Of a stretch of DNA of 64,000 nt, positions 10,330 through 19,230 are shown piece by piece. Position numbers and translations under genes: made by a program. Location of the stretch: contig CAWJYZ010000005.1 in NCBI GenBank assembly GCA_963847225.1, positions 745,648 to 809,647 on the forward strand. The letters are read 5' to 3'. Source of the stretch: an uncultured bacterium (GTDB lineage Bacteria; Chloroflexota; Dormibacteria; Aeolococcales; Aeolococcaceae). Each line of letters opens with the position of its first letter. Position 1 is the stretch's first letter. The notes beneath the pieces were generated by a model, which did no database searches, was not told the origin of the DNA, and saw nothing but the letters and a program-made list of their open reading frames with translations.

Positions 10330-12954
10330 CTACGCCTCGGCGGCCAGCGGTGGTCGTGCCGGCTCTTGCGGCGGAGGCGCGGAATCCGGAGCCCCGACCT
10401 CGGCGCCGTTCCCGCCGTCCCCGCGAGGGCCGTGGCGGCGCCGACGGCGACGGCGCGGCCGAAAGCTTCTCGTCCCCTCGGGGGCGAAGTGGAGGCCGCC
10501 CGGGCCGTGCTCCTCACCGCCACCGGCGGGCTGGCCGTCGGCGCCCCCGGGAGGCGCCTCCGGGGTGGCATCCGGTCGGGGACCGCGGCGGCGGCGGCGG
10601 TGGTGGCGGCGAGCCGGCTGGCTCTGGGCCGCACCCTCCTCCAGCGTGGCGGTGGTGACCGGCTCCCCGTCGGGGCCCAGGCTGGCTGGCGCCGGAGCGG
10701 CCGCCCCTCCCTTGCGGCGGCGGCGGCGGCGGCGGCGGCGCCCCTCACCCGTCTCGGCGGTCCCCTCGGTTGGCTCGCTGCGGGTCGCCCCGGGCCGGCG
10801 CTTCGGCGCCAGCACGTCGGCGGCCGGGACGTAGCCCCCGGACTCCCGAGCCGCCTCCACGAGGAGCCCGTACATGGACTCCTCCCCGGCGCGCAGGGTT
10901 GCCGCGTCGCCGATGCAGGCCACGAGCCGGCGCGCCCGGGACACGGCCACGTTGAGCCGGTTCGGCACCCGCAGGAAGCCGATGCGTCCCCGCTCGTTGG
11001 AGCGCACCAGGGAGATCACCACGAGGTCCTCCTCGCGGCCCTCGAAGGAGTCGACGGTGTCGATCTTCACCGAGCGCTTGAACTTCCTTCGCCCCAGCGC
11101 TTGGCGCAGCCGCTCGACCTGCTCCGCGTACATGGCGATGACCGCCATGCTGAGGTCGCGGGAGCAGCGCTCGTCGAGCAGGCGCACGACGTGGGCGGCG
11201 ACGCGCACCTCCGTCTCGTTGCGCAGCGCCCCACCCGGACCCCGCCGCTCGCGGCTCCCCCGCATCCCGTCCGTGTCCACGAAGTGGAGGGCGACGGGAA
11301 GCGGGCGGCGGGTCACGAAGCCGTACTCCCGCACCTCCTGGGCGTCCTCGAGCTGGCCGTCGTAGGAGGCGTGCGAGACGTAGGCCGCGATCTGGGGGTG
11401 CATCCGGTGCTGGATGGTGAGGAGGCAGCGAGAGGCGTCCGGCAGCCCTCCATCCCAGGCCATCTCGAAGAGTGAGGTGTTGACCAGCTCCTCCAGCCTC
11501 GGGTCGATCTCCACGATGCCGTACAGGGAGTCGTCCTCCACCGGGGGCAGCTGCTTGTGGTCGCCGACGAGGGCCAGCGCGGCGCCAAGGCGAAGGGCCG
11601 GGAGGGCCTCGTCGACCCGGGCCTTGTTGGCCTCGTCGAGGATGACGATGTCGAAGTTCATGTCGGTGATCGCCGAGGTGGCCGCGGTCGCGCAGGTGGC
11701 GAAGTAGCAGTTCGCCTCCAGGAGCCGGGGATCGTCCTCGTCGTCGCAGCGGAAGCGCTCCACGGCGGGATGGACGCGCTCGGCGCGGGCCACCCGCACG
11801 GCGCGCATGCCGGGGGTGCCGGCGAGCCGCTCGAGCGCGTTGTCGACGGCGAGGTTGGAGTGCGACGTGACCAGGATCCGCTCGTCGGGGTTGATGGCGA
11901 GACGCCGCTTCACGGCCTCGACGACGACCGTCGTCTTGCCCGTTCCCGGCGGACCCTGGATGAAGACGGACTGTCCGGCGTGGAGCTGGGAGAGAAGGGC
12001 GACGGCGCGGTCCTGCGGGGGATTGGCGCGCATCCCCTCGGTCAGCCAGGCGGAGGAGTCCGCGGCCGGGTCGAAGGCGGGGGAGCGCACCGTCTCGGGG
12101 GCCACGAGGAGCTGGGAGAGCAGCCCCACCCCGAAGTCGCGGGTGGCGATCGCCGCCAGCACCGACCGCTTCGCCTGATAGAGGGAGCGGTTGAAGGAGG
12201 GCGTGATGTACCCCTCGGTGCCGGCGTGCTCGAAGGTCCGCGTGGTCACCTCGACGAGGCGGCGATGGTGGTCGATGCGCGAGACGCGGCCGACAAAGTT
12301 CGGCTCGTCCTCCGGCTCGACGAGGACGGCGGCGTCGGGCGCGAGATTGATGCTCTCCGCCTCCGGGACGCTGAACTCCACCCTGCCGATCTCCGGCTGA
12401 CGCCGATCGAGTTCGCTGAACTCCCGCCCGCAGGAGGAGCAGCGGGTCTGCTCCCCGGGACGCCAGAGTGCCCGGCAGGTGCGGCACCGCCAGAACTCGC
12501 GCGCCGCCGTGTAGCGGGTGCGCTGGGTCTGGGCCCGGCCCTTCTCCGCGGACTCCAGCCCCTCGACGAGCTTGAGGGTGGCGAAGAGCCGCTCACTCTT
12601 GGCGGCGCGGGCGGTCGCCTCCCGCCAATCGAGGAGGCGGAAGGTGTCGCTCACCACCCCGTTGGCCGCGGTGACCACCGGCTCGCGGGTCGTGAGGGTG
12701 AGCACCTTGGCCCCGTCCGGGTGGCTGCGCATCGGCTTGAGGGAGAGCACCCGGAGGGCGAGGTGCTCCCGGTCACCCTCGGGATCCGGCTGGGGGACGC
12801 ACTCGATGCTGAGGTCGGGCAGCGAGAGGCGGACGTGCGGCGGCTCCTCGTCGCTGAAGGAGGCGGTGAGGTGGCCGACCTCGGACAGCCGCTCCGCGAA
12901 GAGGGCGCGCGGATCGGTGGCGCTGCCATTGGCCAGGGTGGAGAGCACGACCAT
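10330..12954 (-). CDS. Upf1/DNA2-like SF1 helicase (AAA_11/AAA_12) with N-terminal zinc-ribbon domain and Arg-rich low-complexity C-terminal tail
   Basis: Walker A FIQGPPGTGKTT, motif II IVILDEANKA, GDHKQLPPV, and the Q-motif IQHRMHP typical of Upf1-like helicases. A CRTCR...CSSCG zinc ribbon sits in the ~350-aa N-terminal region. The C-terminal ~170 aa are R/G/P-rich. The start is chosen at the ATG giving MVVLS; the track ORF continues to 13434, so the start is uncertain. Confidence 0.7.
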   Translation of the reverse strand: MVVLSTLANGSATDPRALFAERLSEVGHLTASFSDEEPPHVRLSLPDLSIECVPQPDPEGDREHLALRVLSLKPMRSHPDGAKVLTLTTREPVVTAANGVVSDTFRLLDWREATARAAKSERLFATLKLVEGLESAEKGRAQTQRTRYTAAREFWRCRTCRALWRPGEQTRCSSCGREFSELDRRQPEIGRVEFSVPEAESINLAPDAAVLVEPEDEPNFVGRVSRIDHHRRLVEVTTRTFEHAGTEGYITPSFNRSLYQAKRSVLAAIATRDFGVGLLSQLLVAPETVRSPAFDPAADSSAWLTEGMRANPPQDRAVALLSQLHAGQSVFIQGPPGTGKTTVVVEAVKRRLAINPDERILVTSHSNLAVDNALERLAGTPGMRAVRVARAERVHPAVERFRCDDEDDPRLLEANCYFATCATAATSAITDMNFDIVILDEANKARVDEALPALRLGAALALVGDHKQLPPVEDDSLYGIVEIDPRLEELVNTSLFEMAWDGGLPDASRCLLTIQHRMHPQIAAYVSHASYDGQLEDAQEVREYGFVTRRPLPVALHFVDTDGMRGSRERRGPGGALRNETEVRVAAHVVRLLDERCSRDLSMAVIAMYAEQVERLRQALGRRKFKRSVKIDTVDSFEGREEDLVVISLVRSNERGRIGFLRVPNRLNVAVSRARRLVACIGDAATLRAGEESMYGLLVEAARESGGYVPAADVLAPKRRPGATRSEPTEGTAETGEGRRRRRRRRRKGGAAAPAPASLGPDGEPVTTATLEEGAAQSQPARRHHRRRRRGPRPDATPEAPPGGADGQPAGGGEEHGPGGLHFAPEGTRSFRPRRRRRRRHGPRGDGGNGAEVGAPDSAPPPQEPARPPLAAEA

Positions 12955-13278
12955 GGCGTCAGTGCCGTCAGGCACGACGAGATGAAGCCGGTCGAGCGCG
13001 AGGTCCGGTGCTATCAGCGGACTGTCAACCTCACTGCGCCGCGGGCCCCAACCCGTTCGGCGCGAGACATACTTCGGGAGGCTCTGGAGGCACGCATCGG
13101 CGTTGGCACGGCATGCGGCCGGTTGGCGGCCGGACAGCGGCTCTCGAAAGCTCCCGCTGCCCCGACTATACCCGAACTGCGGCCCCTTGCAAGCGTCCTT
13201 CCTGCAACAGCGGGAAAAAGGGCACCGTCCTCTTCGGGTGCCGTCGCAGACCGCCCCTCTGCGACAAACTGAGAGCTC

Positions 13279-14634
13279 ATGGCCGAGATCGAGACCGGTC
13301 GCGCCGTGACCGCCTCCGCCCTCACCCCCGGCGCCAGGGGCCGCACCAGCCCCCTGCCGCCCGGGGCGCTCCTCGTCGGCAGCGCCCTCGCCTTCCAGGG
13401 CGTCACCACCTACGGCTTCCTGGTCATCGCCCACCGGGCTCTCGGCGCCACCCTCTATTCCCCCTTCAGCGTCCTCTGGGCCCTCATCTTCGTGGCCGCG
13501 CCCGGCCTCTTCCTCCCTCTCGAGCAGGAGGTGGGGAGGGCGGCGTCAGCGCGCCGGGTGGCCGGCCTCGGCGCCGGCCCGGTGGTGCGGCGTGCCCTCC
13601 TCCTCGGCATCGGCTTGGCCCTCGCCGTCATGGCCGCGGCCGCCGCCGGCGAGGCGCCGCTGGTGAGCCGCCTCTTCAGCGGCGATGCCTGGCTCCTCGT
13701 CGGCTTCATGGTGGCCATGGCAAGCTATGCCCTCTACTACCTGAGCCGCGGCAGTCTGGCGGGGGCTGGCCGCTTCGGCGGCTACGCCGCCATCCTCGTC
13801 GTCGAGGGGCTGGTCCGCGCCGGGGCCGCGGCCGTCCTCTGGCGCTTCGGGGTGGCCAGCAGCCCGGGCTTCGCGCTCGCCATCTCCCTTCCCTGCGTCG
13901 TGGCCGTCGCTGTCGTCCTCCCCCGCCAGCGCGGCGTCGCCGCCAGCGGACCGCCGGCGCACTGGAGCGAGCTGACCTCGGCGCTCGGCTGGCTGCTCGC
14001 CGGCTCCCTCCTCGCCCAAGCTCTCACCAACGTCACCCCGCTCGCCGTTCAGGCCTTCTTCAGCGGCGGCGACCCCACCGCCGCGGGCCGGGTCCTCAAC
14101 GGCCTGATCATCGCCCGCATCCCTCTCTTCCTCTTCCAGGCGGTGCAGGCGGCGCTCATGCCCAAGCTCGCCGCCGAAGCCGCGGCGGGACGGCTCGGCG
14201 AGTTCCGCAGCCTCCTCTCCCGGCTCCTCCTCCTCATCGCCGCCGCGGCGGTGATCTCCGTAGCCGGGATCGCCCTCCTGGGTCCGCCCGTCCTCGCCAT
14301 CCTCTTCCCCAGCGCCCATCCCCTGAGCCGTCTCGACCTCGTTCTCCTGGCCCTGGGCAGCGAGGGGATGATGGCCGCCCTCACCCTCGCCTACGCCACC
14401 ATCGCCCTGCGCTTCTATGTCGGCGCCACCCTCGGCTGGGTCGGAGGCATGGCCGGCTTGGTGGTCGCCCTGGTGGTCGTCCCCGGCACCCTGCTGCGTG
14501 TGGAGATCGCCTTCTGCGTCTCTGTCGGCGCGGCCACAGCGGCCATGGGAGGGGCCCTGGCGGCGCGCTACGGCGCCGTCGTCCGCCACCAGGGAATGAG
14601 CCCCGCGGCGCGCCGCCCGCGCCGGCGCCTATGA
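13279..14634 (+). CDS. Polytopic membrane protein, MOP-superfamily polysaccharide flippase-like (Wzx/MurJ-like)
   Basis: ~450 aa with ~12-14 predicted TM helices. It lies next to GDP-sugar genes. The assignment is by architecture only. Confidence 0.55.
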   Translation: MAEIETGRAVTASALTPGARGRTSPLPPGALLVGSALAFQGVTTYGFLVIAHRALGATLYSPFSVLWALIFVAAPGLFLPLEQEVGRAASARRVAGLGAGPVVRRALLLGIGLALAVMAAAAAGEAPLVSRLFSGDAWLLVGFMVAMASYALYYLSRGSLAGAGRFGGYAAILVVEGLVRAGAAAVLWRFGVASSPGFALAISLPCVVAVAVVLPRQRGVAASGPPAHWSELTSALGWLLAGSLLAQALTNVTPLAVQAFFSGGDPTAAGRVLNGLIIARIPLFLFQAVQAALMPKLAAEAAAGRLGEFRSLLSRLLLLIAAAAVISVAGIALLGPPVLAILFPSAHPLSRLDLVLLALGSEGMMAALTLAYATIALRFYVGATLGWVGGMAGLVVALVVVPGTLLRVEIAFCVSVGAATAAMGGALAARYGAVVRHQGMSPAARRPRRRL

Positions 14635-15633
14635 CCCGACGGGATCGCCGGCGGCCTTCAGCTGCGCCGTCGCCGCGGCAGCGCCGCGGAGATCGGACTT
14701 CACCATCATCTCGACCAGCCCTGGAAAGCTGACGGTCGGCGTCCAGCCCAGGACGGTGCGCGCCTTGGTGGCGTCGCCGACCAGCGTGTCGACCTCCGCA
14801 GGGCGAACGAAACTCTCATCCCTCACGACATGCTCCTCCCAGCGCAAGCCGGCATGGGAGAAGGCCGCATCGAGGAAGTCCCGCACGGAATGCGTCTCCC
14901 CGGTGGCCACCACGTAGTCGTCGGGAGTTTCCTGCTGCAGCATGAGATGCATGGCGCGGACGTAATCGCCGGCGAACCCCCAGTCCCGCTTGGCGTCGAG
15001 ATTGCCGAGGCGAAGCTCGCTCTCCAGGCCGAGCTTGATGCGGGCCACGCCGGAGGTGATCTTGCGGGTCACGAACTCCATGCCGCGGCGCGGGGACTCG
15101 TGGTTGAAGAGGATGCCGGAGACGGCGAACATCCCGTAGCTCTCCCGGTAGTTGACCGTGATGTGATGCCCGTACACCTTGGCCACGCCGTACGGCGATC
15201 GCGGATGAAAAGCGGTCATCTCGTTCTGCGGCGCCGCCCGCACCTTGCCGAACATCTCGCTCGATGACGCCTGGTAGAAGCGGATCTGAGGATTGACGAC
15301 GCGGATGGCGTCGAGCATGCGGGTGACCCCCAGGGCGGTGATCTCTCCGGTGTTGATGGCCTGCTTGAAGGAGAGTGCGACAAAGCTGATGGCGGCGAGG
15401 TTGTAGACCTCGTCCGGTCGCGACGTCTCCAGGGCGGCGATCAGGGAGGACTGGTCGTTGAGATCCGCCTCGATGAGGTGCAGGCTGGGGACGAGCGCCT
15501 GCACTGAGGCGGCGCGAGGGTTGTTCTGGCCGCGCAACAGGCCCCACACCTCGTAGCCCAGCCCGGTGAGATGCTCGGCGAGGTAAGCGCCGTCCTGCCC
15601 GGTGATCCCGGTGATCAGGGCCGTTCTGCTCAT
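14629..15633 (-). CDS. gmd: GDP-mannose 4,6-dehydratase
   Basis: N-terminal ALITGITGQDGAYLAEHL, the YNLAA motif and the SDR catalytic pattern. The ATG start giving MSRTALITG was verified. Confidence 0.85.
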   Translation of the reverse strand: MSRTALITGITGQDGAYLAEHLTGLGYEVWGLLRGQNNPRAASVQALVPSLHLIEADLNDQSSLIAALETSRPDEVYNLAAISFVALSFKQAINTGEITALGVTRMLDAIRVVNPQIRFYQASSSEMFGKVRAAPQNEMTAFHPRSPYGVAKVYGHHITVNYRESYGMFAVSGILFNHESPRRGMEFVTRKITSGVARIKLGLESELRLGNLDAKRDWGFAGDYVRAMHLMLQQETPDDYVVATGETHSVRDFLDAAFSHAGLRWEEHVVRDESFVRPAEVDTLVGDATKARTVLGWTPTVSFPGLVEMMVKSDLRGAAAATAQLKAAGDPVGS

Positions 15634-15646
15634 CCGTCGGATGGTC

Positions 15647-16666
15647 TCACCCCGTATGCCCAGGGTGTGCCGCACGGCTCCGGGGCGGCGCAGCGGCGCC
15701 GCTGTCCGCCGCCCCCTTGAGCCTGTCGAGATCAGCGGCCACCATCTCCCTGATGACCGAGACGAAGTCCCGGGACGGCGCCCAGCCGAGCAGGCGGCGG
15801 GCCCGCGCCGCGTTGCCGCAGAGGCGCACCGGCTCAGCGGGCCGGGTGAGCGCCGGATCGGAGACGACGTGCCGCCGCCAGTCGAGGCCGACCTCGGCGA
15901 AGGCGATGTCGAGGACCTCGCGCAGGCTGTGGGTCTCACCCGTCGCGACCACGTAGTCGTCGGGCGTGTCGCGCTGCAGGGCGAGGCGCATGGCGCGCAC
16001 GTAGTCGGGCGCATATCCCCAGTCGCGCTCGACGTCGAGGTTGCCGAGGCGCAGCTCGGCGGCCAGGCCGAGGGCGATGCGGGCGGCGCCGTCGCTCACC
16101 TTGCGGGTCACGAAGTGGAGGCCCCGCCGCGGCGACTCGTGGTTGTAGAGGATCGTCGTCGCGGCGAAGATGCCGTGGCTCTGCCGGTAGACGGCGACGA
16201 TCTGGTGGGCGAATGACTTGGCCACACCGTAGGGAGAGATCGGCTGGAGAGGGGTGCTCTCGTCCTGCGGCGACGTGGCGGCGCCGGCAAAGATCTCCGC
16301 GCTCGAGGCCTGCAGGAGGCGGATTGCCGGATCGATGCGGCGGATGGTTTCGAGCAGGCGGAGGACCCCGAGACCGGTCACCTCGCCAGTGGTGAGGGGA
16401 TCGTCGAAGGATGCCGCGACCGATGTCGCCGCCGCCAGGTTGTAGATGTGCCGGGGGCGGGAGGCGCGGACCGCCGCCTCCAACGAGGCCTCATCGGCCA
16501 GGCTCGCCTCCAGGATGCGGACCTCTCCGGGCACACCCTCCCCGGGCAGATCCCCGGGGCGCGCCAATCCGTGCACCTCCCACCCCTCGGCGAGGAGCTG
16601 CTCGGCCAGGTACGGTCCATCTTGGCCTGTGATCCCGGTGATGAGAGCCCGGGGGGTTCCCGTCAT
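15647..16666 (-). CDS. GDP-mannose 4,6-dehydratase paralog
   Basis: N-terminal ALITGITGQDGPYLAEQL with YNLAA and NHESPRRG motifs. The ATG start giving MTGTPRALITG was verified. It is a tandem paralog of the downstream gmd. Confidence 0.8.
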   Translation of the reverse strand: MTGTPRALITGITGQDGPYLAEQLLAEGWEVHGLARPGDLPGEGVPGEVRILEASLADEASLEAAVRASRPRHIYNLAAATSVAASFDDPLTTGEVTGLGVLRLLETIRRIDPAIRLLQASSAEIFAGAATSPQDESTPLQPISPYGVAKSFAHQIVAVYRQSHGIFAATTILYNHESPRRGLHFVTRKVSDGAARIALGLAAELRLGNLDVERDWGYAPDYVRAMRLALQRDTPDDYVVATGETHSLREVLDIAFAEVGLDWRRHVVSDPALTRPAEPVRLCGNAARARRLLGWAPSRDFVSVIREMVAADLDRLKGAADSGAAAPPRSRAAHPGHTG

Positions 16667-16730
16667 GGTCGACGAGCATAGGCCGGGAGGATGCGCTGGC
16701 CGGCCTTGCTCGCACCTGTAGGATCGGAAC

Positions 16731-17249
16731 ATGACGGACAACGAGAGCGGCGTCGATCTCTCTGGCCTGCATCGCGAGCTCGATCGGCTCAAGGCCCAGC
16801 TCTGCCGCTGCGGCCACCAGGGGACGTGCCTCGCCTGCCAGGGCTTCGAGGTGGTGCGCCAGCAGGCCCAGGCGGTGGCCGCGGCGGCTTCGCAGCCCGT
16901 GCTCATGCAGGTGGCCCAGGAGGCGGCCATCCGCGATCTCTTCAGCCAGCTCGGTGGGCTGCAGGAGAAGCTCACCGGCGACCCCCAGCTCTCCGACCTC
17001 ATGGCCCGCTTCGCGGAGCGGGTGCAGGAGGACCTCGGCGGCCCGCAGGAGCTGGAGAGGCTCCTCCGCGGCTTGGGCCTGGGCGGGCCCCGGGGACCGT
17101 TTGGCGAAGCCGGCCCGCCGAGCCCGCCCGGTCCGCTGCCGTACGACGACCGTCCCGCGCGTCCCTCGCCCCCGACCCACCCACCCGGGGAGGATGAGGG
17201 CTCGCCTCAGTCTCCCTCGGACGGCGACGAGCCTCCTCCGGCCGCCTGA
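16731..17249 (+). CDS. Hypothetical protein with CxC...CxxC cluster and Pro-rich C-terminus
   Basis: High GC3 coding bias. CRCGHQGTCLACQG is a putative zinc ribbon. It overlaps the 3' end of the convergent regulator gene by ~40 nt. Weak. Confidence 0.35.
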   Translation: MTDNESGVDLSGLHRELDRLKAQLCRCGHQGTCLACQGFEVVRQQAQAVAAAASQPVLMQVAQEAAIRDLFSQLGGLQEKLTGDPQLSDLMARFAERVQEDLGGPQELERLLRGLGLGGPRGPFGEAGPPSPPGPLPYDDRPARPSPPTHPPGEDEGSPQSPSDGDEPPPAA

Positions 17250-18268
17250 TCAGCTTCCCCCGCCTCTTCCACCAGCCCGACGAGGTGGCCCGCCACCTGG
17301 CGGAGCGCCTCCCTTCGTACCGTGAGCGCTCGCCGCCCCCCGCGCGGCGTGAGCTCCACCAGCCCGGCGTCGCGCAGCAGCTTGACGTGATTGCTGACGG
17401 TGGGTTGGGCCAGCGAGAAGGCCTCGGCGAGCTCGGTGACGGTGCTGGGCTCGCAGCTCAGGTGCTCCAGCATGGCCAGCCGGGTGGGGTCGGCGATGCT
17501 TTTGAGCTGACGGGCGAGCTGCTCGCCCCGGGCCTTGGCCTCGGCGGCACCGCCGAGAGCCGGGATGCCGATCAGCACCGTCCCCGGGAGATCCATGTAG
17601 GCGTAGCCGGTGAGGTGGGCGAAGTAAGCCGGGATCACCGCCACCACGCCGCCGGGCGGGAGGGCCGACACCAGGCCCACGGTTCGCGCCTTGAGCGGCT
17701 TCGTCGGGGGGCGCGCCACCTCCTGCCAGGGGGCTGAGCGCCGCTGCAGCTCGCGGCGCGCCTTGACCATGGCCTCCACCGCCGGCCACCCCCGCCGTCG
17801 CCACGCCGGGCCGATGACCGCCCAGAGGTCACGGACCAGCTCGGCGTAGCCGCCGCGGAATTCGACCGAGGAACGCAGCCGCTCCAGCCGCCGCAGGATG
17901 GTCGCGCGAGCGTCCTCCGTCTCCGAAGCCAGGGGGAGGTCGGTGGGCACGGCGGCGGCCAGGGCCTCGAGCCGGTTGAGAAGCTGGTCGGGGTCGGTGC
18001 TGAAGAGCAGCCCGCCCCGGTGGGCGAGGATGGCGAGCTCCATCGCGCCCCAGAGCGGGGCTTCCTCCGGCTCCCAGAGGGAGCGCACTCTCCTCTCCAT
18101 CTCCGGTGAGCTCGCGTAGAGCTGGACGAGCTCCGGGTGGTCGCCGCGAACCAGGAGGTTGGAGGCGGCGAGCATGGCGTAGTCGAGCTCGACGGCGATC
18201 GACCCTCCGATCCGGAGCTCGGGAGCGGCGTCGCCGGAGCGCCCCTCGTAGTCGATCGGCATAGCCAC
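17207..18268 (-). CDS. ArsR-family wHTH transcriptional regulator with large N-terminal domain
   Basis: The C-terminal SIADPTRLAMLEHLSCEPSTVTELAEAFSLAQPTVSNHVKLLRDAGLV is a canonical ArsR/SmtB HTH. The N-terminal ~250 aa are uncharacterised. Confidence 0.65.
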   Translation of the reverse strand: MAMPIDYEGRSGDAAPELRIGGSIAVELDYAMLAASNLLVRGDHPELVQLYASSPEMERRVRSLWEPEEAPLWGAMELAILAHRGGLLFSTDPDQLLNRLEALAAAVPTDLPLASETEDARATILRRLERLRSSVEFRGGYAELVRDLWAVIGPAWRRRGWPAVEAMVKARRELQRRSAPWQEVARPPTKPLKARTVGLVSALPPGGVVAVIPAYFAHLTGYAYMDLPGTVLIGIPALGGAAEAKARGEQLARQLKSIADPTRLAMLEHLSCEPSTVTELAEAFSLAQPTVSNHVKLLRDAGLVELTPRGGRRALTVRREALRQVAGHLVGLVEEAGEADQAAGGGSSPSEGD

Positions 18269-18475
18269 TTGACTATATCAGCCTGAGGCTTGACTTTCAG
18301 GCATGCCTATGGCAAAATGCAGATATGGCTATGAACCCATGGATCCTCGAACAACTCATCCGGGCGCGGACCGACGAACTGCGGCGCCTCAGCGAGGCGC
18401 GCCGCTTTCAGGAGGCTGGGCTGGCGGGGCTCGGAACCTCCTCCAGGCTGGCGGCAGCCTCTAAGCTTCCCGGGA

Positions 18476-19216
18476 ATGGCTCTGGCAGCCGGTGGCGCGC
18501 CCTGGGCCGCGCTCTCGTGGCGCGTCGAGCAGGCTGACTGCCTGAACCTCCTCGGCGGGCTGGGTGACGCATCGGTCGACTGCATCGTCACCGATCCCGC
18601 CTACTCCGGCATGAACCGGCACATGAAGTTCGGCCATGGGCGCATCGTCGGACGCTACGCCGATCCCGGTAACCCGCGCTGGTTCCCGGAGTTCCAGGAC
18701 GACCCGACGACGTTCGCCCGCTTCCTCGAGGAGTGCCACCGGGTGCTCCGCCCCGACCGGCACATCTACGTGATGTTCAACTCCTTCTCCCTCCTCAGCC
18801 TCGGCGCCCTGATGCGTGATCGCTTCGCGGTGAAGGGCATCGTGGTGTGGGACAAGGTGAACATCGGGATGGGCCACTACTTCCGGCGGCAGCATGAGCT
18901 CATCATCTTCGCCGGCAAGGGGCAGCGACGCCTGCGCCGGCGTGACCTCGGCGATGTCTGGCGCATCAAGCGCATTCACCGGGCTGCGTATCCGACCCAG
19001 AAGCCGGTCGAGCTCTTCACCCGCATGCTGTCGGGAAGCGTGGAGCCGAGCATGACGGTGTGCGACCCCTTCTGCGGAAGTGGCAGCTCGGCGGTCGCCG
19101 CCCTCGCCGCCGACTGCCACTTCGTGGGTGGCGACGTGAGCACCGCCGCGGTTGAGCTCACCCGCCGACGCTGCACCGCCTTTACCGCGACGGGAAAGGA
19201 TCTGTTCGCCCGCTAG
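18476..19216 (+). CDS. DNA methyltransferase, beta-class (N6-adenine or N4-cytosine), orphan
   Basis: Motif IV-like IVTDPAYS precedes YPTQKPVELF and motif I VCDPFCGSGSS. This order is diagnostic of the beta class (M.RsrI/CcrM-like). Confidence 0.8.
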   Translation: MALAAGGAPWAALSWRVEQADCLNLLGGLGDASVDCIVTDPAYSGMNRHMKFGHGRIVGRYADPGNPRWFPEFQDDPTTFARFLEECHRVLRPDRHIYVMFNSFSLLSLGALMRDRFAVKGIVVWDKVNIGMGHYFRRQHELIIFAGKGQRRLRRRDLGDVWRIKRIHRAAYPTQKPVELFTRMLSGSVEPSMTVCDPFCGSGSSAVAALAADCHFVGGDVSTAAVELTRRRCTAFTATGKDLFAR

Positions 19217-19230
19217 ACAGAGGTGAAGGG

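Noticed and set aside
10745-12487. 580-aa and other long ORFs overlapping the helicase on the same or opposite strand
   Set aside because: Alternative frames of a gene with clear helicase motifs in one frame only, with Arg/Pro-rich composition.
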